DNA from: Burkholderiales bacterium
Lineage (GTDB): Bacteria > Pseudomonadota > Gammaproteobacteria > Burkholderiales > Burkholderiaceae_C
DNA length: 64,000 nt
NCBI GenBank assembly: GCA_043746005.1
Contig: JAYTRR010000210.1
Location: 565-64,564 of the forward strand
Direction of reading: 5' to 3'
A model generated the notes under the pieces. It was not told where the DNA came from. It saw only the letters and a program-made list of their open reading frames with translations, and made no database searches. Below are positions 49,540-58,350 of the stretch, one piece after another. The stretch's first letter is position 1. Every line of letters begins with the position of its first letter. The translations under genes and the position numbers were made by a program.

Positions 49540-49834
49540 ATGACTGATCCGAGGCGCCTGCAAACCGCCCTGACCCTGTTGCACGAAAGCGTCCGGCCCG
49601 GTGAACTGCCCGGCATGGCGCGATTGGGCATCGTGGGCCACAACCGCCTGGGTCTGTCGATGCCCGCCGAGCTGCCTTTGCCCTGCTGGCCACCCTGGCC
49701 GTGAACGACAAGCAAGCCAGCGACGGGCAGTTCACCAGGCCGCACGCTGGATCGCGGCCGATGCGCTGCGTGAACTGGGGAGTGACGCGGTTCAGTCAAG
49801 GATGCAGGGAAAATCACATCAAAAGAGCCGCTAG
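49540..49834 (+). pseudogene. DNA alkylation repair (AlkD-like) gene collapsed by internal deletions
   Basis: Three pieces in three frames: GMARLGIVG..RLGLSMP / RAAFALLATLAV.DKQASD.QF / AARWIAADALREL; stop supplied by element copy 9. Confidence 0.65.
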
Positions 49835-49875
49835 CCCTCGCAGATACTGCGCAAGAAGCTATCATTTATATAGCA
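49821..49875 (+). repeat. 55-bp dispersed element, copy 9
   Basis: aaaagagccgctagccctcgcagatactgcgcaagaagctatcatttatatagca. Confidence 0.9.
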
Positions 49876-49877
49876 AT

Positions 49878-50474
49878 CTAACCCGCCTCAATCTTACTGA
49901 CGCGCTTGATCGGCTGCCAACCAGCAAACTCCGGGTGGTGGCGCTGCACCACGGGTCCGTCGAAAGCCCAGCCAATGCATTTTCCCACGTAAAACGGCGG
50001 CTCGGCGCTCTGTGCAGCGGGCGCCCCCGCCTGCCTGCGCAGGCGCTCACGATACGAGGGAATGGTCTGATAGGCCGCTGTGGCCATGTTGAAAAGCATC
50101 TCGCGCAAATGGGTGCAACCTTTGGCGCCGCCTATGGCCCGGTCAATGGTGTATTGCCAGCCCGAACCCATGGTGGTACCGACCATCTTCTGCATCGGGT
50201 CATTGCCCTGCTGGCATTCACCAAAGGGCGTGTGGTTCATCGTGCTGGAAATCTCGCGAATCGTCATGCTGTCATCGAGCGTGACGCGAATCGCCAGGTC
50301 ATGCACGGGCGTGCCAGGCGGCATGGGACCCCGCTCGGATCGATCCAGCGTGTAGGTCTTCACATCGGTCATCTCGGCTTCAATGTCCCACAGGCCGTCT
50401 TCACGGTGGTAACCGCGATAAACAACGCTACGTGTGTGCAGGTGGATTCGGGATTGGGGGGCAGGCAGTGGCAT
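49878..50474 (-). CDS. DUF2889-family protein
   Basis: HTR.V...GY.REDGLWDIE...D.K, VHDL, GCTHLRE, CIGW. Confidence 0.85.
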   Translation of the reverse strand: MPLPAPQSRIHLHTRSVVYRGYHREDGLWDIEAEMTDVKTYTLDRSERGPMPPGTPVHDLAIRVTLDDSMTIREISSTMNHTPFGECQQGNDPMQKMVGTTMGSGWQYTIDRAIGGAKGCTHLREMLFNMATAAYQTIPSYRERLRRQAGAPAAQSAEPPFYVGKCIGWAFDGPVVQRHHPEFAGWQPIKRVSKIEAG

Positions 50475-50640
50475 CGGGATTTGGCGTTATAAATTACAAA
50501 TTAGATAGGCGGATTCATTTTCTCACCTGCGACACTCAGGCCATGCCCAACTCTAACCGCCTGCGCGCGGGATTGCGGCGGATCCCTTGCAGGAGTTGTG
50601 GAGTGCGGCCGTTCAAGCCCGAATACTGATAATAAAGGTC

Positions 50641-50695
50641 AAATAGGCCGCTAGCCCGCGTGTTCATTGTGCAAAAAGCTAGCATTTCAATAGCA
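50641..50695 (+). repeat. 55-bp dispersed element, copy 10
   Basis: aaataggccgctagcccgcgtgttcattgtgcaaaaagctagcatttcaatagca. Confidence 0.9.
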
Positions 50696-50698
50696 GAT

Positions 50699-50836
50699 TC
50701 AATACACGGGGTCGTGGTCGCTCACATTCACCGGGGTCACTTGCCCATCCTGAATCAGCAACTCCAGCGTGATGCGATACGACAGGTTGATTGATACGGA
50801 ATGCAGGCTATCGAGCCATCCGGCCAACGTGCCCCG
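50699..50836 (-). pseudogene. RelE/YafQ-like toxin, C-terminal remnant
   Basis: LAGWLDSLHSVSINLSYRITLELLIQDGQVTPVNVSDHDPVY*; an in-frame TAG lies upstream and the N-terminal half is absent. Confidence 0.7.
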
Positions 50837-50901
50837 CTAGCCTTCCCCCTGCCTCTAGTGCAGAATAAAATCTCATTTTACAGAAATTGCAAATAATCAA
50901 T

Positions 50902-50933
50902 AAATTAACTATTATTTATATTAATAGCTATTT
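50902..50933. promoter_or_regulatory. AT-rich inverted repeat, putative TA operator
   Basis: ctatta-N7-taatag (50909-50927) within an imperfect longer inverted repeat, directly before the HTH start. Confidence 0.45.
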
Positions 50934-50938
50934 AATTA

Positions 50939-51295
50939 ATGTCTAAAAATTCAACTTCCCTGCACGGCCTGCCCCCGGTCGCACTGGACATGCTGGTGCA
51001 ACTGGGTCAGCGGCTGCGGGCCCACCGCCAGCTACAACAATGGACCCTCGATGAGATGGCCCAGCGGCTGTTTTGCTCGCCCACCACCTGCCGCGCGCTC
51101 GAATCGGGCAAGCCCGGCACCAGCGTGGGCGTGCTGGCCCACGCCCTGTGGCTGCTCGGGCAACTGGATTCCTTGAACAACCTGGCGCCGCTCACATCCA
51201 GCTTTGCCGCCACACTCACCACGGGCCGACGCGTGCGCCGCCGCGCCGCCACCAGCCAGCCAGGAACGATTGCAGAACATGACCGCGACTTCTGA
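50939..51295 (+). CDS. XRE-family HTH antitoxin (HipB-like)
   Basis: LGQRLRAHR...WT..EMAQR..CS..T.R.LE.G.PG; overlaps the hipA-like start. Confidence 0.8.
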   Translation: MSKNSTSLHGLPPVALDMLVQLGQRLRAHRQLQQWTLDEMAQRLFCSPTTCRALESGKPGTSVGVLAHALWLLGQLDSLNNLAPLTSSFAATLTTGRRVRRRAATSQPGTIAEHDRDF

Positions 51296-52550
51296 ACACA
51301 CGCTGTATGTCGGTCTGGCCCACACCGCCGGACAGGGCGTCGCACACGCCGTGGTGCCTTCAGGGGTGCTGAAGCTGGCCCAGCGCGGCAACGTCGCTTC
51401 AGGCGAATTTGCCTATGGCAGCCAATATTTGCGCCGCCCCGACGCACAAGCGCTCAACCCCATGCACTTGCCCCTGCAGCAAGCCGTCTTCACGCTGCCC
51501 GAACGCCGCCTGCGCGACGGTGGTGCCATGCCCTTGACGTTTCGAGACGCCCTGCCCGACAGTTGGGGTCGCAAAGTGCTGGAGGCCCAGCACGGGCGTC
51601 CCGTGTCTGACGTAGAGGCACTGTTGCTCACCAACGCCGACCGCGTAGGCGCCATGGTGGTCAGCATCACATTACCCATACAAAGCCACGAGCCTGAACC
51701 CGAAATTTTTGCGTTGCAAGACCTGGCCCAGGCCGCCCGGCAGTTGGAGCTGGGCCAGGAGCCCGATGCCACCCTCAAGCGCCTGCTGCAAGGCGGCACT
51801 CTGGGCGGCGCGCGGCCCAAGGCCACGTTCATTCACAACCAGCAGCGCCACATTGCCAAATTTGCAGCCCGAGGTGACGACCACGATGTCACGGTACTCG
51901 AAGCCAGCACCTTGGCGTTGGCCCGTGAATGCGGCATTACTGTGCCGCCATTTTTTGTGCATCCGGTGCCCACCGGCAACGCATTGGTGCTGCAGCGCTT
52001 TGACCGCAACGGCCGCATCGACAACGAACAACGGTTTCATTACCTGTCAGCGTCGGCGCTGCTGAACGTAGCCTATGAAGACAACGCGAGCGGAAGCTAT
52101 GTCGAATTGGCACAGGTGCTGCGCCGCATATCGGCCCAGCCCGAAGCAGATCTGCAGCAGCTCTACGGCCGCATGGTGTTCAACCTGGTGGCGGGAAACA
52201 CCGACGACCATGTCAAAAACCACGGTGTCTTGCTGCCGGATGACCCGGGCCATGCACAAGGTTATCGTTTGGCTCCCGCGTTTGATCTGGTGATGCAGCT
52301 AAACGGCAATACGGGATACCAATCGCTGGCGATCTTGCCGGGGCAAATGGAGTCCAGTTTGGCACTGGTTCGTCAGGTCGCGCCGCAGTTTGGGATGAAT
52401 GCGCCTGAGGCTGACGCTGTCATCCGTGCGATTACCGATACCGTGCAGCGACTTGTGGAAAGCACCTTGCAGTCGTATGGCGCGTGCGATAGGTTGATAC
52501 GCCGGGTGGGCGAATTTCTTGGGCGGCAGCGCACGCGAATTGAGGGCTGA
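51279..52550 (+). CDS. HipA-family toxin kinase
   Basis: DALPDSWGR, LGGARPKA, IAKF, RFDR, GNTDDHVKNH, LAPAFD. Confidence 0.9.
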   Translation: MTATSEHTLYVGLAHTAGQGVAHAVVPSGVLKLAQRGNVASGEFAYGSQYLRRPDAQALNPMHLPLQQAVFTLPERRLRDGGAMPLTFRDALPDSWGRKVLEAQHGRPVSDVEALLLTNADRVGAMVVSITLPIQSHEPEPEIFALQDLAQAARQLELGQEPDATLKRLLQGGTLGGARPKATFIHNQQRHIAKFAARGDDHDVTVLEASTLALARECGITVPPFFVHPVPTGNALVLQRFDRNGRIDNEQRFHYLSASALLNVAYEDNASGSYVELAQVLRRISAQPEADLQQLYGRMVFNLVAGNTDDHVKNHGVLLPDDPGHAQGYRLAPAFDLVMQLNGNTGYQSLAILPGQMESSLALVRQVAPQFGMNAPEADAVIRAITDTVQRLVESTLQSYGACDRLIRRVGEFLGRQRTRIEG

Positions 52551-52560
52551 ACCAAGGATC

Positions 52561-52615
52561 AAATGGGAGTGCAATCCCCGTAAATATTGCGCACGCAGCG
52601 ACCAATTTGATAGTG
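52561..52615 (+). repeat. 55-bp dispersed element, degenerate copy 11
   Basis: aaatgggagtgcaatccccgtaaatattgcgcacgcagcgaccaatttgatagtg; same register, core mutated to AGCGA-N9-TAGT. Confidence 0.55.
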
Positions 52616-52679
52616 GTTCTTCACCAGTCAACTTGGGGGAAATTTTCCGAATGGCTTCCTGCTATTGTCGGCCGTGGGG

Positions 52680-52880
52680 TTACTTGTCAAATCCTTGTAC
52701 AACCCATTTTGTCGACATGCCTGCTGCATAAAGTGCACCAATCAACGCCGTCCATCCCAGGATGACGTACAAGGTGAATTGAAACTGTTCATCCACAACG
52801 ATTTGGGTGTCAGTGTCCTTTTTTTTGGTCTTGTTCCCTAAGTCGCCTTGCTTCCTCAGATTTTTCAAAGATTGGTGCAT
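52680..52880 (-). other. AT-richer orphan ORF or degraded gene with one TM segment
   Basis: FTLYVILGWTALIGALYAAG; the frame continues past two stops into QEAIRKISPKLTGEEP. Confidence 0.3.
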
Positions 52881-53200
52881 TTCTAGTCTGAATGCACTCG
52901 TCGTACTCTGTCCTATTTAATTTCATCAGGTTGCAAGGATGCTCTTCATTAAGTGCAATCTTGTACGCAGCAAGGTAAGCATCGTCCGACCACGTTTAAA
53001 TTGTTCGGTCGGCAGTTAGGTTCTCGTAGGTGGGGAACTTTGCATACCAAAATACACTTGCTGAAACACCTGCAAGAATTGAAAAAACAAGCCAAATACC
53101 GCCGAAGAATCAAAAAGGGGGGCGTGACGCCGACCCGGTTCCGCCCTGGACGCATTGAGGCCATTGCGAACGCCGTCCGATATGTTGATTTCAAGTTGAA

Positions 53201-54397
53201 CTAAATCGCCGCCGCCAGCCGCCCCACGCCCTCCTCGATCTTGGCCACATCGGCAGTGGCGAAGCTCAGCCGAAGTGTGGACAGATCCGGGTTGGATGCA
53301 TAAAACGGCGCACCTGGCACAAAGGCAACGCCTTTCTCGATAGCACGCCGGGCCAGTTCGGTTCCATCTTTCAGCTTGCCGCCAGCACCCGTCAGGCGCG
53401 CCCATACAAACAGTCCCCCCTGCGGCTGCACAAACTCAATCGCGTCGCCGAGGTCTTTGCGCAGCGCATTGCCCATGGACAATGCACGCTCGCCGTAAAC
53501 GGTGCGCACATGGGCCAGCGTAGCGGGCATGCGACCGGCCTTGAGGTACTGGGCGGCGGTAGCCTGGGCAAAGGTGCTGGTGTGTGCGTCACTGAACTGC
53601 TTGCACATGGTGGCTTTGGCCAGCAGGTCGGCCGGCGCAATCATCCAGCCCACGCGCAGCCCGGGGCTCAGCACCTTGCTAAGGGAACCGCAGTGCGCCA
53701 GCAGTTCGCGGCTACCGGGCACCTCTGGGCTCAGGGCAAGCATGCTGGGTGGCGGCGCATCGTTAAAGTACAAATCGCCATATGGGTCGTCTTCCACAAT
53801 CAGGGTCTGGTACTTCACACCCAGCTCCAGCACGCGCTTGCGGCGCTCCAGGCTCAGCATAGCGCCACTGGGGTTGCCGAATGTGGGTATCAGGTACACA
53901 AACTTGGGCTTGTGTTCGGCAATCAGCGCTTCCAGCGTATCGGTCTGGACACCGTTGGCATCGATGGGCGCGCTGATCAATTCAGCGCCATACAGTCGAA
54001 AGCACTGGATGGTGGCCAGAAACGTGGGGCCTTCCACGATGACCTTGTCGCCCGGGCTGATCATGGTTTTTCCCAACAAGTCCAACGCCTGCTGGCTGCC
54101 GGTGGTGACGATCAATTGATCCGGGGCCACGTCTTTGGCGCCCTTGCTGGCCATGAAGGCAGCCAACTGTTCGCGCAAAGGGTTATAGCCCTCAGTGGCG
54201 CCGTATTGCAGTGCAGCGCCTGGCTCTTCGGCCAGTGCAGCGTTGACCGCCTCCTTGATGCCATCCACGTCAAACATGGCGCTATCGGGAAAGCCGCCCG
54301 CAAAGCTGATGATGCCGGGCTTGCCCAGCAGCTTGAAGAGTTCGCGGATGGCGGAGGTTTCTACGTTGTTCAGGCGGTCGGCAAATTGGAGTGGCAT
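53201..54397 (-). CDS. PLP-dependent class I aminotransferase (2-aminoadipate transaminase-like)
   Basis: SAIRELFK, SFAGGFP, GSQQALDL, EDDPY, SLSKVLSPGLRVGW, LRLSF. Confidence 0.9.
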   Translation of the reverse strand: MPLQFADRLNNVETSAIRELFKLLGKPGIISFAGGFPDSAMFDVDGIKEAVNAALAEEPGAALQYGATEGYNPLREQLAAFMASKGAKDVAPDQLIVTTGSQQALDLLGKTMISPGDKVIVEGPTFLATIQCFRLYGAELISAPIDANGVQTDTLEALIAEHKPKFVYLIPTFGNPSGAMLSLERRKRVLELGVKYQTLIVEDDPYGDLYFNDAPPPSMLALSPEVPGSRELLAHCGSLSKVLSPGLRVGWMIAPADLLAKATMCKQFSDAHTSTFAQATAAQYLKAGRMPATLAHVRTVYGERALSMGNALRKDLGDAIEFVQPQGGLFVWARLTGAGGKLKDGTELARRAIEKGVAFVPGAPFYASNPDLSTLRLSFATADVAKIEEGVGRLAAAI

Positions 54398-54469
54398 GGT
54401 GAGAGTCTTGCTAGGCAGGTTTTTGCAGGGTAACGGACGATATTAGCGCGGGAATGGGACAATGCCACC

Positions 54470-55111
54470 ATGATGAAAAAAGAACACATCGCCCGCTTCT
54501 TTGCCACACTGCAGGCCGCTAACCCCGCGCCAGTAACCGAGTTGGAATACAGCAGCGTGTTTGAACTGCTCGTGGCCGTGCTGCTCAGTGCGCAGGCCAC
54601 TGACGTAGGCGTGAATAAGGCCACGCGCAAGCTGTTTCCTGTCGCTCATACACCGCAGGCCATTCTGGATCTGGGCCTGGAAGGGCTGGAGAGCTACATC
54701 AAGACCATTGGTCTGTACCACAGCAAGGCCAAGCACCTGATGCAAACCTGCCGCATGCTGGTGGAGCTGCACGGCGGACAGGTTCCGCGCTCACGTGAGG
54801 CGCTGGAGGCTCTGCCCGGCGTGGGCCGCAAGACGGCCAACGTGGTGCTGAATTCAGCGTTTGGCGAGGCCACCATGGCAGTAGACACACACATCTTCAG
54901 AGTCGCCAACCGCACGGGCCTGGGGCCGGGGAAAAACCCTTATGAAGTAGAGATGCAACTGCTCAAGCGCATTCCTGAAGCCTATCTGGTGGATGCCCAC
55001 CACTGGCTGATTTTGCTGGGGCGCTATGTGTGCCAGGCACGCAAGCCGCAGTGCGGGCAGTGCGCAGTAGCACCCTACTGCGACTTCAAGCCCAAGACCA
55101 CCGCGCCATGA
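54470..55111 (+). CDS. nth: Endonuclease III
   Basis: LLSAQATD, LPGVGRKTANV, VDTHIFR, C-x6-C-x2-C-x5-C Fe-S motif. Confidence 0.95.
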   Translation: MMKKEHIARFFATLQAANPAPVTELEYSSVFELLVAVLLSAQATDVGVNKATRKLFPVAHTPQAILDLGLEGLESYIKTIGLYHSKAKHLMQTCRMLVELHGGQVPRSREALEALPGVGRKTANVVLNSAFGEATMAVDTHIFRVANRTGLGPGKNPYEVEMQLLKRIPEAYLVDAHHWLILLGRYVCQARKPQCGQCAVAPYCDFKPKTTAP

Positions 55112-56589
55112 AACGGCTCGATACCCTCGCCTCTTTACAGGCGCACCACGGGCCCCGCTATCGCTGGCTGCTGCTGCTCTCGGTCATGATTGGCACCATG
55201 GCGTCGATCATGTCGTCCACCATCATCAATGTGGCAGTGCCCGACATGAGCCGCTTCTTTGGTCTGGGGCAAGACCGGCTGCAATGGGTGTCTTCGGGTT
55301 TCATGGTGGCCATGACGGTGTCGATGCTGAGCACCCCCTGGTTGCTGTCGCGCTATGGCTACCGCAAGACTTATTCCTGGGCGATGTGGCTCCTATTGAG
55401 CGGCGGTGTGGCGGGCGGGTTGAGCAGCCATTTCGACCTGGTGCTGGTGGCGCGCGTGGCCGAAGGACTGGCCGCGGGTGTAGTGCAGCCCATTCCGGCA
55501 ATCATCATCTTGCGGGCTTTTGCTTCCAATGAGCAGGGGCGCGCCAGCGGCATATTTGGTATGGGCGTGGTGCTGGCACCCGCCATAGGCCCCAGCGTGG
55601 GCGGACTGCTAGTAGACTGGTTTGGATGGCGCTCCACGTTTTTCATGGTGGTGCCGTTTTGTCTGGCCTCGCTGTACATGGCACAGCGGTTCATTCCGGC
55701 GGTTAACCCTGGTGATGCATCTGCCAATGCCGCAGGCAAAGCGACACTGGACTGGCGCGGCCTGGTGCTTGCCACGGTGGCCACGCTGTGCCTGCTTAAC
55801 GGCATGGTCACGCTGCAAAGCGGTGGCGTTGCCAGATCTGCCCTCCTGCTGGGCGCGTCGGTAGCAGCGTTGGTCGTTTTTATGAAATGGCAACAGCGTC
55901 TCAGTCACACCCACCGTGGGCCACACCAGCAGGCGCCGCTGATGAACCTGGCACTGTTTAACCACCGCCAGTTCGCAATGGGAAGCATCGTCGCATTCAT
56001 CTATGGCACGGCCCTGTTTGGCTCCACCTATCTGTTGCCGGTTTACCTGCAAATGGGATTGGGGCTGTCAGCCTCTTATGTGGGCACCATGCTGCTACCC
56101 GCCGGCGCGGTGCTGGCCATCACCATTGCCATCGTCGGCCGCCTTGCGGACCGTCAACCGGCCCATCGTCTGGTCAGCGTTGGGTTGACAATGCTGGCGC
56201 TGGGGTTTGCACTGATGGTGACGGTGGACCTGCAAACCTCCATCTGGGTGATCGTGGCATGGGCCATTGTGGGGCGTATCGGTCTGGGCTTCATTCTGCC
56301 CTCGCTCAATCTGGGCTCCATGCGGGGCTTGCCTTCGCACCTGATTCCCCAGGGCTCCAGCGTCATCAACTTTGTGCGAATGGTAGGCGGGGCTACCGGC
56401 GTCAGCCTGTGCGCCATTGTGCTGGAGTGGCGGCTGGCGGCGCATGGGCAATCGCTTGCGCACCCCAACACCAACCCCGCACGCCTGTTGGCGTTCAATG
56501 AATCGTTTTTTATGCTGGCCGGCATTTGCGCCCTGGCCATTGTTGCGGCCTGGCGCCTGCGAGCGGAACACCATGTGGTGTCGGGTTAA
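55108..56589 (+). CDS. DHA2-family MFS efflux transporter
   Basis: STIINVAVP, LAPAIGP.VGG.L.D.FGWR, LDWRG; many TM segments. Confidence 0.88.
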   Translation: MKRLDTLASLQAHHGPRYRWLLLLSVMIGTMASIMSSTIINVAVPDMSRFFGLGQDRLQWVSSGFMVAMTVSMLSTPWLLSRYGYRKTYSWAMWLLLSGGVAGGLSSHFDLVLVARVAEGLAAGVVQPIPAIIILRAFASNEQGRASGIFGMGVVLAPAIGPSVGGLLVDWFGWRSTFFMVVPFCLASLYMAQRFIPAVNPGDASANAAGKATLDWRGLVLATVATLCLLNGMVTLQSGGVARSALLLGASVAALVVFMKWQQRLSHTHRGPHQQAPLMNLALFNHRQFAMGSIVAFIYGTALFGSTYLLPVYLQMGLGLSASYVGTMLLPAGAVLAITIAIVGRLADRQPAHRLVSVGLTMLALGFALMVTVDLQTSIWVIVAWAIVGRIGLGFILPSLNLGSMRGLPSHLIPQGSSVINFVRMVGGATGVSLCAIVLEWRLAAHGQSLAHPNTNPARLLAFNESFFMLAGICALAIVAAWRLRAEHHVVSG

Positions 56590-56608
56590 AGCTGATCTGC
56601 CCGTGTCT

Positions 56609-57541
56609 TCATGAGCCAAACCGGTTGTCGGCCTGCTTTCGGAATTCGGATGGAGTCATTCCCCGAATCTCCAGAAACCGCCGGTTGAAATTGGCCACGG
56701 TGTTGAACCCCACTTCGTAGCAAATTTGCGAAACCATTCGGTCGGACTCCATCAGCAATTGGGATGCCCTGTTGATGCGAATGCGGTTCACAAAGTCTGT
56801 AAAGTTATTGCCTGTAGCGTGACGAAAGAATCGCGAAAAGCGACTCTCGCTCATGCCCAGGCCAATCGCGAGTTCGGACAGCGAGTGTGGCTGTGACAGA
56901 TCGGACGTAATTCGATTGACAATGGTATTAATCTGATCCAACTGGGCGTCGTCATTCACACCTTGCATTTGCACGTTGGACAGCAACCGGTAGTCAGTGC
57001 AGCGAGCCAGATCACTCATGAAGTCACAAAATGCAGCGAAGCGCCGGGCTCCGCGGCTTGCCCGGATCTGCAGCCAGTGCTGCCGGGCGATCTGCCCCAT
57101 TTCAAAAAACTCAATGCCGTGGCTAGCACGGTCCAGCAGCGGCATTAACTCGGCAAGTTCCGTGATCTGTTCCGCTGCACGCTGCAGGGGCTCATGCCTG
57201 AACTGAATGACCATATCCCGCTCGGGAACACCGCCTTCGGGCAAATCCAGTGATATCCAGTTGTGCGGCAGGCGCGGGCCGCACAGGACTAGGTGGCCGG
57301 GCTGAAACGGTCCAATCCAGTCACCGACAAAGGCTTTTCCCGATGTGGCGGTGATCAGATGAAGCTCGTACTCGTCATGGTAGTGCCAGCGTGCCAGTGG
57401 CGTTGGAAAGCCGTGAGACAGGCAACGCACCAGTCCCGTGTCTTGCGTGGCCTCGTAGCCCAATTCCGGCGAGCGTGCAAAGTCTTGCTCCAGCTCGGGA
57501 AGGCGCTGCCGTGCCTGGTGAGAGGGTTGACGGGAAGGCAC
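56609..57541 (-). CDS. AraC-family regulator of polyol operon (MtlR-like)
   Basis: WHYHDEYELH cupin; FSRFF...TG..F, VGFN..ANFNRRF. Confidence 0.88.
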   Translation of the reverse strand: MPSRQPSHQARQRLPELEQDFARSPELGYEATQDTGLVRCLSHGFPTPLARWHYHDEYELHLITATSGKAFVGDWIGPFQPGHLVLCGPRLPHNWISLDLPEGGVPERDMVIQFRHEPLQRAAEQITELAELMPLLDRASHGIEFFEMGQIARQHWLQIRASRGARRFAAFCDFMSDLARCTDYRLLSNVQMQGVNDDAQLDQINTIVNRITSDLSQPHSLSELAIGLGMSESRFSRFFRHATGNNFTDFVNRIRINRASQLLMESDRMVSQICYEVGFNTVANFNRRFLEIRGMTPSEFRKQADNRFGS

Positions 57542-57555
57542 GATGATAGCTCCTG

Positions 57556-58350
57556 TTAACTCATGACGCTACCGCCGTCGACGTTAAGCGTCTGGGCAGT
57601 AATGTAGGAAGCCTCCTGGCTGGCCAAAAACACGGCAGCACCCGCAATGTCGTCAGGTGAGCCCATGCGGCCCAGCGGCACGGCCAGACCGACTGCCCTC
57701 TTCTTTTCACCGGGCTGCAGGCCCTCGTAGCGGGCGAAGAGGCTGTCCACATGTGACCACATAGGGGTGTCGACAACGCCTGGGGCAATCGCATTAACAC
57801 GAATGCCGTAGGGGGCCATCGCCAAGGCTGCGCTCTGGGTATAGCTGATGACTGCGGCCTTGGTGGCGCAATAGTGCGACACCAGCGCTTCACCACGCCG
57901 TCCCGCTTGCGAGGCAAGGTTGATAACGGCACCCACACCACGCAATGTGTTGTCGGACACCATCTGCTGCAGCACCGCCTGCATGACAAAGAACATGCCT
58001 TTGACGTTGACGGCAAACAGCTTGTCGTACATGGCTTCATCACTCTCAAGCAGTGGTGCCATGTCAAAAACTGCCGCATTGTTGTAAAGCACTTCAATGG
58101 TACCCAGCTTGCTGCGAGCCGTGGCAATCAACCGGTCAATTTCGCTTCTGCGCGTGATGTCGGCAGCAATGTAATGGAACTGACCCGGATACTGATCCTC
58201 AAGTGCCAGCACACCCTCCGACGGGGTACTGGCGATATCCACCACGCTGCACTGCGCACCCTCACGGAGGTAGGCGCTCAACACTGCCAGGCCAATGCCA
58301 CCGCCCGCCCCAGTCAGCAAGGCATGGCGGTTTTCAAGACGTTGGGTCAT
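57556..58350 (-). CDS. Sorbitol (L-iditol) 2-dehydrogenase, SDR
   Basis: ASQAGRRGEALV..YCATKAAVIS.TQSA, PGVVDTPMW..VD. Confidence 0.85.
   Translation of the reverse strand: MTQRLENRHALLTGAGGGIGLAVLSAYLREGAQCSVVDIASTPSEGVLALEDQYPGQFHYIAADITRRSEIDRLIATARSKLGTIEVLYNNAAVFDMAPLLESDEAMYDKLFAVNVKGMFFVMQAVLQQMVSDNTLRGVGAVINLASQAGRRGEALVSHYCATKAAVISYTQSAALAMAPYGIRVNAIAPGVVDTPMWSHVDSLFARYEGLQPGEKKRAVGLAVPLGRMGSPDDIAGAAVFLASQEASYITAQTLNVDGGSVMS

Noticed and set aside
49458-52615. 55-bp repeats as integron attC sites or a CRISPR array
   Set aside because: No RYYYAAC/GTTRRRY ends, no full-length hairpin, no integrase or cas gene; spacing is irregular (hundreds to thousands of bp) and copies also lie inside core genes.
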